A stretch of 64,000 bases of DNA, taken from assembly GCA_023248155.1 (NCBI GenBank), contig JAHFFE010000002.1, forward strand, positions 42,263 to 106,262, read 5' to 3'. Source of the stretch: Candidatus Omnitrophota bacterium. Lineage in GTDB: Bacteria > Omnitrophota > Gorgyraeia > 1-14-0-20-64-10. Within the stretch, counting starts at the first letter, position 1; each line of letters begins with the position of its first letter. The notes beneath the pieces were generated by a model. That model was not told the DNA's origin and did no database searches. It saw only the letters and a program-made list of their open reading frames with translations. The translations under genes and the position numbers were made by a program. This document shows, in pieces, positions 49,460-58,200 of this stretch.

Positions 49460-50296
49460 ATGAACTCGAAATTACGATGGATTGTAGTCGCCGCGGTGGT
49501 TTTAATCGCGGCCGTTTCGTTAGGGATGGTGATTGGACGCGGTTCGGCCAAGCAAACCCCGGCCATTGTTGCTACTGAGGAAGCGGTTTCTCCGGCTCCG
49601 TCCGACAACGCAAAAGTGGTTTTAGCGCGCGGCGACACGGCCAAGGCCCAGGGTTCTTACCAGCAAGCCCAGAAATTATACGAGCAGGCGCTCGATAAAA
49701 GCCCCGATACCGCCACTTCCACGAAGGCGCAGTCGCAATTGGGCCAGGCTAATATCCAGGCAATCTTCTCGACGCAATTTAGCCCAAGCGACTTATCCTA
49801 CGAAGTGCAGTCGGGCGATACGCTCACAAAAATCGCGCGCAAACATCATGTCACGGTCGAACTGCTGCGCGTTTGCAACGGCCTGCGCGGCGACTTAGTC
49901 CGGCTCGGACAGACGCTCAAAATCCCCAACGTCAACTTCATCGTTTTCGTCGATAAATCACAAAACCTGCTGACGCTCAAAAACGGCGAGCAGGTATTCA
50001 AGACCTACCGCTGTTCCACCGGCCGCGGCGGAATTACGCCGGTCGGTGATTTTAAAATTGCCAACAAAATGATCGATCCGGTCTGGAAAGGCCTTGTCTC
50101 TCCCAGCGATCCGAAAAATCCGCTGGGCACGCGCTGGCTCGGGTTTGATCTGCCGCAATACGGAATTCATGGAACCAACGATCCGTCTACGATCGGACAG
50201 CCGGTCACCCAGGGATGCGTGCGAATGCTCAACGAAGATGTGGAAGAGCTTTATACGCTGCTGCCGGTCGGAACCGTAATCATCATCGCTGAGTAA
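49460..50296 (+). CDS. LysM-YkuD L,D-transpeptidase
   Basis: YEVQSGDTL (LysM); YGIHGT...TQGCVRM. Confidence 0.93.
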   Translation: MNSKLRWIVVAAVVLIAAVSLGMVIGRGSAKQTPAIVATEEAVSPAPSDNAKVVLARGDTAKAQGSYQQAQKLYEQALDKSPDTATSTKAQSQLGQANIQAIFSTQFSPSDLSYEVQSGDTLTKIARKHHVTVELLRVCNGLRGDLVRLGQTLKIPNVNFIVFVDKSQNLLTLKNGEQVFKTYRCSTGRGGITPVGDFKIANKMIDPVWKGLVSPSDPKNPLGTRWLGFDLPQYGIHGTNDPSTIGQPVTQGCVRMLNEDVEELYTLLPVGTVIIIAE

Positions 50297-50306
50297 GGAG
50301 ACTTTT

Positions 50307-51278
50307 ATGGCGACATTCACTTTTACGCTGGATTTTGAACGGCCGATCATCGAGCTGGAACAAAAAATCCAGGAACTCAAAAACTTGAACGGATCCAAGG
50401 CCAAGGGCGTCGACATGGGCCACGAGATCCAGCTGCTCGAGGGCAAAGTCGCGCAGATGCGCAAGCAGGTGTATGACAATTTAACGCCCTGGCAGCGCGT
50501 GCAGATGGCGCGCCATCCCAAGCGTCCCTACACGCTTGATTACGTCGGCAAATGCATGACCGATTTCGTCGAGCTGCACGGCGACCGTTTATTCGCCGAC
50601 GATAAAGCGCTCATCGGCGGGTTTGCCAAGATCGACGGCATCCCGGTCATGATCATCGGCCACCAAAAAGGCAAAGACACCAAAGAAAACCTTTTCCGCA
50701 ATTTTGGTTCGGCGCACCCGGAAGGCTACCGCAAAGCGATCCGCCTGATGCAGATGGCCGACAAGTTCAAACTGCCGATCCTCTGTTTTGTCGATACGCC
50801 GGGCGCTTACCCGGGCGTCGGCGCCGAGGAGCGCGGCCAGTCATCGGCGATCGCCTATAACCTGCGCGAAATGGCGCGGTTCAAGGTTCCGATCATCGTT
50901 TCGGTCATCGGCGAGGGCGGTTCCGGCGGCGCGCTGGGCATCGGCGTGGGCGATTATGTGATGGTAATGGAAAACGCTTATTACTCGGTGATCTCGCCCG
51001 AAGGCTGCGCGGCTATTTTGTGGAAAGATCGCGCCAAGGCCCCCGATGCCGCGACTAATTTGAAGATGACCGGCAAAGATCTGCTGGCGCTGAAAATCAT
51101 CGACGAGATTATCCCGGAACCGTTCGGCGGCGCGCATAAAGATCCCGACGCCGCGGCGGCCAATTTGAAAGCGGCGCTTCTGAAGAATTTGCGCGCGCTG
51201 CAAAAAATGACGCCCGATCAACTAGTGGCGCACCGCGACCAGAAATACCGCAACATCGGTTTATTCACCGAAGTCTAG
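50307..51278 (+). CDS. accA: Acetyl-CoA carboxylase carboxyltransferase alpha subunit
   Basis: LDFE, ARHPKRP, PEGYRKA, GEGGSGGAL. Confidence 0.98.
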   Translation: MATFTFTLDFERPIIELEQKIQELKNLNGSKAKGVDMGHEIQLLEGKVAQMRKQVYDNLTPWQRVQMARHPKRPYTLDYVGKCMTDFVELHGDRLFADDKALIGGFAKIDGIPVMIIGHQKGKDTKENLFRNFGSAHPEGYRKAIRLMQMADKFKLPILCFVDTPGAYPGVGAEERGQSSAIAYNLREMARFKVPIIVSVIGEGGSGGALGIGVGDYVMVMENAYYSVISPEGCAAILWKDRAKAPDAATNLKMTGKDLLALKIIDEIIPEPFGGAHKDPDAAAANLKAALLKNLRALQKMTPDQLVAHRDQKYRNIGLFTEV

Positions 51279-51287
51279 CCTCTTAGT

Positions 51288-51839
51288 ATGGCCGCCCGTA
51301 AAGGACTTGTTATTGTTTATACCGGCGACGGCAAGGGTAAAACCTCCGCTTCACTCGGTGCCGCGATGCGCGCGCTGGGCCACGGCTGGCGCGTACTAAT
51401 CATCCAGTTTTTCAAGGGTGACTGGCCGGTGGTTTACGGCGAGCTGGAACTGGCCAAAAAACTCTATCCGCAATTTGAAGTTCTGCAGTTGGGCAAAGGC
51501 TTCGTAAAAATCATGGGCGACAAGAAACCATTTGATGCCCATGTCGACGCCGCCCGCGAAGCGCTCAAGATCGCGCGCGAAAAAATGCTCTCGGGAGATT
51601 ACGATCTGATCATCCTCGACGAGGTCAACTACGCGCTGGGCTATATGGATTTTAAACTGCTCGAACCGTCCGATGTCATCGAGTTTTTAAAGCAGAGACC
51701 GCCGAAAGTTCATATCATTCTGACCGGCCGCAACGCACTGCCTGAAATCATCGAAATGGCCGATCTCGTCACCGAAATGAAAGAGATCAAACATCCGATG
51801 AAAAAGGGAATCCCCGCCCAGCAGGGCATCGACTTCTAA
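51288..51839 (+). CDS. cobO: Cob(I)alamin adenosyltransferase (CobO/BtuR)
   Basis: YTGDGKGKT, LDE, LTGR, KHP..G. Confidence 0.95.
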   Translation: MAARKGLVIVYTGDGKGKTSASLGAAMRALGHGWRVLIIQFFKGDWPVVYGELELAKKLYPQFEVLQLGKGFVKIMGDKKPFDAHVDAAREALKIAREKMLSGDYDLIILDEVNYALGYMDFKLLEPSDVIEFLKQRPPKVHIILTGRNALPEIIEMADLVTEMKEIKHPMKKGIPAQQGIDF

Positions 51840-51871
51840 ACCCCGCGCTTCCCGTCGATAAACTGTGATTC

Positions 51872-52009
51872 GAGGCAGTTCGGGAGCGGGTCCGTGAACG
51901 CGCTCGAAATCGACTACCGATTTCTCGCTCCGGTTTCGGCCTTACCTAAAACCCCGCTGAAACGGCCTCAACAGGGTTCACGCGACCCATCTCCCGAACT
52001 GCCTCTTAC
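51872..52009. repeat. 138-bp MITE/REPIN-like element, copy 2
   Basis: gaggcagttcgggag...ctcccgaactgcctc; same orientation as copy 1. Confidence 0.9.
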
Positions 52010-52205
52010 CGATTCTTGCGTGAGCGATTCCGTGCAGGATAAGGCTGAGCAGGCACTGGAAACCCTGAGCGGGCATGGTTCTCCGCTAAAAGCGGAGAGA
52101 GCGAAGGGTTGACCGTAGTGCAGCGAGACTCGCAGGGGCGAGCAAGCGGCCTGCGAACGCCTTGCCTGACGGAAGCGGGAGCGCAGAATTTGCGGCGATC
52201 GAATC
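52010..52205. repeat. Adjacent imperfect palindromic element
   Basis: attcttgcg/cgcagaat, ttccgt/acggaa and gcaggc/gcctgc nested stems. Confidence 0.55.
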
Positions 52206-52251
52206 AAGTTGAATGCCCGGACTGACTTGAAAAAGTAGATTCGGAAAGTTA

Positions 52252-52335
52252 TGCCGAGGGAGAGAATCGAACTCTCATGGGGTTGCCCCCGCAGGTTTTT
52301 GAGACCTGTGCGTCTACCGATTTCGCCACCTCGGC
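52252..52335 (-). tRNA. tRNA-Leu(CAA)
   Basis: GCCGAGG acceptor stem, CAGGT-CTCAAAA-ACCTG anticodon arm, long variable arm, GTTCGA. Confidence 0.96.
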
Positions 52336-52357
52336 GGGAGAATGAAGAGAAAATTTA

Positions 52358-52430
<73 letters not shown>

Positions 52431-52507
52431 GATTAGAACTCCCAGTCTACCCAGCAGGGCGTTGGTTGTCAATCATACCCCCCTCTGCTAGAATCAGTTT
52501 CTTGACC

Positions 52508-54937
52508 ATGAGTTATCCATTCTCCGATATCGAATCCAAATGGCAGAAGCGCTGGGAAGAACAGGGCGCTTTCCGTGCCGTTATGGGCAAGTCCGCCTCT
52601 TCCAAAAAATATTATCTGCTGGAGATGTTCCCTTATCCGTCGGGCCGCATCCATATGGGCCATGTCCGCAACTATACCATCGGTGATGTGATGGCCCGGT
52701 TTCGCAAGGCGCAGGGCTGCCAGGTGCTGCACCCGATGGGGTTCGACGCGTTCGGGCAGCCGGCCGAGAACGCCGCCATCAAGAAAGGCGTTGATCCGGC
52801 CGCCTGGACCTATGACTGCATCGCGCAGATGCGCGACGGCCTTAAAAAACTGGGCATCTCCTACGACTGGGACCGCGAGCTGGCCACCTGCGACGCCGAT
52901 TATTATCGGTGGAACCAGTGGATCTTCCTGAAAATGGCCGAGAAGGGGTTGGCTTATCGCGCCAAGTCGCCGGTCAACTGGTGCCCCTCCTGTCAGACAA
53001 CGCTGGCCAATGAAGAGGTGATCGACGGCGAATGCTGGCGCTGCCATTCCAAAGTCGACCCGAAACTGCTCGAACAATGGTTTTTAAAAATCACCGCGTA
53101 TGCCGAACCGCTGCTCAACGATCTTGATAAATTAGCCCACTGGCCCGACCGCGTCCGAGCCATGCAGCGCAATTGGATCGGTCGCAGCGAAGGCGTTGAG
53201 ATTTTCTTTTCGGTGAAAGGGACCGGCGAGAAATTGCCGGTTTTCACAACGCGCCCCGATACGATTTTCGGCGCGACTTATGTGGTGCTGGCGCCCGAAC
53301 ATCCACTGGCCAAAAAATTAAGCGCCGGAACGCCGCAGGAAAAACCGGTCGCTGCGTTTGCTGAAGCGGTGGCACGCCGTTCCAAAATAGAGCGGACCGC
53401 CGAAGGCGTAAACAAGCAGGGGGTTTTCACGGGCGGCTATGCCGTGAATCCGGTCAACGGCGAAACGATCCCTATCTGGATCGCCGATTATGTGCTGATG
53501 GAGTACGGCACCGGCGCGATCATGGCGGTTCCGACGCACGATCAGCGCGATTTTCTGTTTGCCAAAGAACAAAAACTTCCAATGCGCGTCGTTATTCAGG
53601 GGGGAGAGGGCGGGGGTGAGGGGGCTTATGTAGGCGAAGGGGTGTTGGTCAACTCAGCGCAGTTCAGCGGTCTGAAAAATACCGACGCCAAAAAGAAAAT
53701 CGCGCTCTGGATGGAAGAAAAAGGGCACGGCAAGCGGGTCACGCAATGGCGTCTGCGCGACTGGCTGATCTCGCGCCAGCGCTGCTGGGGAACGCCGATC
53801 CCGATGATCTATTGCGCGGCCTGCGGCGTGGTGCCGGTGCCGGAAGATCAACTGCCGGTCCGCCTCCCTGAAAAACTTCCGATTACCGGAGAGGGCGGCT
53901 CTCCGTTGGCCAAGGTCAAAGAGTTTGTCGAAACCACCTGTCCGTGCTGTAAAAAACCGGCCCGGCGCGAAACCGATACGATGGCCACCTTTTTTGACTC
54001 CTCCTGGTATTTTCTGCGCTTTTGTTCGCCGAAAGAAACCCAACTGCCGTTTGATCCGAAAGAAGCCGCGCACTGGATGCCGGTTGATCAATACATCGGC
54101 GGCATCGAGCATGCGATTCTGCATCTGCTTTACTCGCGCTTCTTCACCAAGTTTCTGAAAGATATCGGCCTGTTGTCTGTCGACGAGCCGTTCACGCGCC
54201 TGTTAACGCAGGGCATGGTGCTCAAAGACGGCGAGGTGATGTCGAAGTCGCGCGGCAATGTGGTTGACCCTGACGGTGTCATTGAAAAACATGGCACCGA
54301 CGCGATGCGCCTTTTTATTTTATTTGCGGCGCCCCCCGAAGACCAGCTCGAATGGAACGACAGCGGCATCGACGGCGTCGATCGTTTTTTAAATCGCGTC
54401 TGGAATTTAGTTGAGCGTCTGGATGGTTATGCGCCGACCGAATCCAATGGTACTGAAACCAAAGAACTGCGCCGCATTACGCACGCCACGATCAAGCGGG
54501 TAACCGATGAGGTCGACGCGTTCAAATTCAACACCGCCATCAGCGCGTTGATGGAGATGCGTAACGCAATTGAAAAATCATGGGGAAAAGTTCCCACCGA
54601 TGCCGCGCGCGAGTCGGTCGAAGCGCTGGTCTGTTTACTGAATCCGTTCGCGCCGCATATCGCCGAAGAGCTTTGGCAGAAGTTGGGCCACTCCGACCTA
54701 CTGGCAATCCGCACTTGGCCTGCATACGATCCGACATTGCTGACGCAGTCGGAAGTTTCAATCATCCTTCAGGTCAACGGCAAACTTCGCTCTAAAATTA
54801 CACTACCCAAAGATGCGCCGGCCGAGCAGGTAAAGGCATCGGCGTTGGCCGATCCTGCTGTTCAGAAATGGCTGGAAGGGAAAGCCCCGCGCGACATCAT
54901 CATCGTTCCAAACCGCCTCGTCAACCTCGTCATTTAA
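52508..54937 (+). CDS. leuS: Leucyl-tRNA synthetase
   Basis: MFPYPSG.IHMGH, FTTRPDT, GGIEHA, VMSKS. Confidence 0.98.
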   Translation: MSYPFSDIESKWQKRWEEQGAFRAVMGKSASSKKYYLLEMFPYPSGRIHMGHVRNYTIGDVMARFRKAQGCQVLHPMGFDAFGQPAENAAIKKGVDPAAWTYDCIAQMRDGLKKLGISYDWDRELATCDADYYRWNQWIFLKMAEKGLAYRAKSPVNWCPSCQTTLANEEVIDGECWRCHSKVDPKLLEQWFLKITAYAEPLLNDLDKLAHWPDRVRAMQRNWIGRSEGVEIFFSVKGTGEKLPVFTTRPDTIFGATYVVLAPEHPLAKKLSAGTPQEKPVAAFAEAVARRSKIERTAEGVNKQGVFTGGYAVNPVNGETIPIWIADYVLMEYGTGAIMAVPTHDQRDFLFAKEQKLPMRVVIQGGEGGGEGAYVGEGVLVNSAQFSGLKNTDAKKKIALWMEEKGHGKRVTQWRLRDWLISRQRCWGTPIPMIYCAACGVVPVPEDQLPVRLPEKLPITGEGGSPLAKVKEFVETTCPCCKKPARRETDTMATFFDSSWYFLRFCSPKETQLPFDPKEAAHWMPVDQYIGGIEHAILHLLYSRFFTKFLKDIGLLSVDEPFTRLLTQGMVLKDGEVMSKSRGNVVDPDGVIEKHGTDAMRLFILFAAPPEDQLEWNDSGIDGVDRFLNRVWNLVERLDGYAPTESNGTETKELRRITHATIKRVTDEVDAFKFNTAISALMEMRNAIEKSWGKVPTDAARESVEALVCLLNPFAPHIAEELWQKLGHSDLLAIRTWPAYDPTLLTQSEVSIILQVNGKLRSKITLPKDAPAEQVKASALADPAVQKWLEGKAPRDIIIVPNRLVNLVI

Positions 54938-55183
54938 CGTCACCGTCGCGCGCTTCCGTCAGGCAAACCCTTTTTCGAGTCGGCTCGTGTATGGGGACCG
55001 TGGACACGCTCGGAATTGATTACCCATTCCATCGGTGCGCCGAGGCGCCTGGTGGCGTAACTTCCGCTATCGCCAGCCGCTCTGTCTCCGGCCTTGCCGA
55101 AGAACAATTCGATTCGGCCTCCGCCAAGGTCCACTTGCCCCATATCCCGATCCGCCTCTACCCACGCAGGCGCTTTGGTGACG
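54938..55183. other. About 245-bp multi-stem structured intergenic element
   Basis: cgtcacc/ggtgacg, tatgggg/ccccata, gtggac/gtccac and inner hairpins. Confidence 0.6.
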
Positions 55184-55213
55184 CGGGTGATGTAAAAAAT
55201 AGATAAACTTGCA

Positions 55214-55242
55214 TTGATTTATTGTAATTTATAAGGTATAGT
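55214..55242 (+). promoter_or_regulatory. Sigma70-like promoter of the giant gene
   Basis: TTGATT-17-TATAGT in an AT-rich tract, 12 nt before the ATG; no obvious SD. Confidence 0.6.
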
Positions 55243-55254
55243 TTCTCTATCATC

Positions 55255-58200
55255 ATGAAACACCAATCTAGTCACCCTATGGGGCCGCGAACCCCATTTT
55301 TATTTGGCCGTTTTTTGAGCGCTTTGCTAATCATTAGCATGGTGCTGACGATCCCGCATGCCTATGCCGACACTCTGCGCGTTTCCAACGCCGGTCAGGA
55401 AGAGAATCCAGTTCGCACCCTTCTGGAAACCGAATTATCCGCCGACCAGAAGGCGGATGCTGAAACTTCTCTTTCCATAAAACAAGCAGTCTCCGAGGAA
55501 GACGAAGACGAAAATGAGTTTGAATGGAGAATGCCGTTGCCGAAACAAGCGGGTGATTTCGAGCTGAACGAAGGTTTTCTGTCGGATGACCATCCGGCAG
55601 TTCGGGTTGTATCCGAGCGGCTGAACGCGCTTCTTCCTGATCTGAAACCGGATGAACGGCCTCAATTGCGGGTCCTGGCTTCCCGCGGCCAGGGGATCCA
55701 GGCCCTGATGTTTGAGGATGGCACCCTCGTGGTAAGCCCAGAATTGGTAGATGTGGTCGAATATGAAGAGGAGTTGGATTTTGTCCTCCTGCATGAAATC
55801 AACCACTGGCATCGAAAACATATTAAGCAAACGGAGCGACTTCTGGAAAGCGGAGGAATTCTCACTGCCGTAGTGCGCTCGTTGGGATTAGACAGGTACC
55901 AGGAGTATGAGTCGGATATGGCCGCTTTCTGGGGGTTGCTCGATCGCCGGCGCAGCGGGTTGGGGGCCGTGATTTTTATGGAACGTCTGGAAAAGGAACG
56001 CCTGGAGAAAAAGAGGATCATGGTGGATTGGGATCTCGCGCACGGGACAATGCGGGACCGGATCCTGAATATGAAGAGTTTGATCCCATTGGTGCATATG
56101 CAATATCTAGACGCACCCCTGCATCCGATGGACCCGTCGGTCCGGCAGTCGCTCTCCTCCCTTCCGATTGAAGGGTTAATGGATCGATTGATGAGGATTC
56201 CGAGCCGGCAATCCGGAGTTCAAGAAAAGCATCTGGAGGCGCTGGAGCCGGAAATCCGGGCCCTCTCTCCCGAACTTCGTCTTCAGTTTATCGGTTATGC
56301 GGTGGGCCTGATGGATCAAGCGTTTGCTCATGCGCTGACGGAAATGGAATTGAGAGTAATTAATCTTGACAGCGAGAGAAACGCGGCGGGCGATGTGATT
56401 TGGAGTAAGGAAGAATTGCGCCGTCTTTCTGAGGTGTCGGGTCGCGTGAACTATGCCCCGCGCGCTATACCGCGCTTTTTGCACTTATGGAATGAAACCG
56501 TTTCCGGGATGCTCTCTGGAGTTTCTCCTGAGGTAGCGATTTTCCTGAACCAGCTTCTTTACAAACTGAATATGGAAGGACGTCTTTATAACATCCTGGA
56601 GGATCAAACCTTTGAAGGCCTAAAAGAAGTTCTTCTATCGGAAACGGATGCGGAACGGGAATCGGTGGATGAAGAGCTTCTGCAGATCAAAAACCATCTC
56701 CTGGCACAACGGGAAAGCTATTTATCCGTTTTGGAATTGCCAAAATTGGAGAATGCTTTGGAGGTGTTGGAAAATCCGGTTTCAAGGGCGGAATGGGTGG
56801 ATCGGCTCGGAAGAATGTCCCGAATGGGAGCTGGAATCAACGCCGGTTTGTCGTTTATGGTGGAGCAGATCTCTTCCACTATGGCTCAGCGGCCCGGAAG
56901 AGATTTTCTTTCGGAAACGGGGGAGCTGCTGGCTGCGTTTCGTGACCTGATGAGCCGATCCGAAGTCCTGCGTCAGGAAACCGTGGTCCGGCATATGAAC
57001 CGGGTTTGGACCCAGCTTTTTATGAGACAGGCGGCGCTTCTGCATACCGAAGCAGCGGGCCTGGAAGAAGGGTTCCATAAGACGGTTGCGGAGGTGGCCC
57101 GGCGGCATGGTTTTCAGGAGGATGTCACCGGGATCAGAGAAGAGCTTAGAGTCCATCCGGAGATGAAACCCTGGGTTGGAAAATACTTTGATGCGTTTAC
57201 TCAGCAGGAGTCGCTGTTTCGACGGTTGGATCAGATTGAGGAAGACCTTTCAAAAATCGATGTAAAGGATCGAAAAGCCGCCTCCGCACCTTATCAAATC
57301 CTGTTGCTGGAGGCCGCGAATTTGCTCAACGGTGTTCCCGAGATTGTTCCTGTGGAAGGCGAACTACGGAAAAGAATCGATCGGGCTGAATTCAAGATCC
57401 GGTATTTGAACAGGGTGGTGGGGCTGCGGGTCAATTATAGAGATTTCACGCTCTGGGGACCAGAGCAAGCCCTGTTGCCCGATCCGATTTCGATGGATGA
57501 TCTGCGGTTTCTGGTTGGCTGGTGGGCTTCTGTGGCGGAGGACAGTCGGGAGTATCAGGAAGGGGTTAAGCTCCTCTCACAAAAGGAACAATGGATGGAT
57601 CATTGGAAGAAAGTGGCCAGAGTGGAGGAAGTGAATGCTTTGGCGGACACATTGACGAGTCCCAGTGAAGCGGCGCAATCCATAGGGACGGTCATCCACA
57701 GCGGTCTTGCCGGGTCCCAAATCCATTCCGAAGAAATCAGGAAGGTTTTTTACGATTTGGCGCAAGAAGTATTGGAGCGTGACATGGCCCAGGCAAAGAG
57801 CGAGGAGGTGTTTTTTGGTTTATTGGATGGTTACGCCCAGCGGTGGCCGGTTCGTCCTAATGCTGAGGTGGTACGAAAAGGGGTGCAGTTCCTGAACGCT
57901 TCGAAAAGCACCGATCAACCCCTGATTTGGCAGAGGAGATTACTGTTGAGTTTCTTTGCCTCCGACCCGCTCATTCGACGTCAATTGGGCGAGTATTCAG
58001 TGCTTCAAATCGTTCAATCAGAGAGGGTCTCCTTCGATGACGCCTACGCGCTTTTGTTCGAGCGCTACAAACCGCAGGGAACGGCCGGTGGGTTGAGGGC
58101 CCTGAGGGCTTTGCTGGATCGGGCACATACCTACCCGGAACTGGACCGGTTGAAAGAGGCCGGCGCCGATTTCCTGAAGTTCCTGCAAAGTTCTCTGCTG

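Noticed and set aside
20173-52009. Direct repeats as attL/attR of a 32-kb integrated element
   Set aside because: No integrase, the interval holds core genes (nrdJ, accA), and the repeats are self-contained palindromes rather than tRNA ends.
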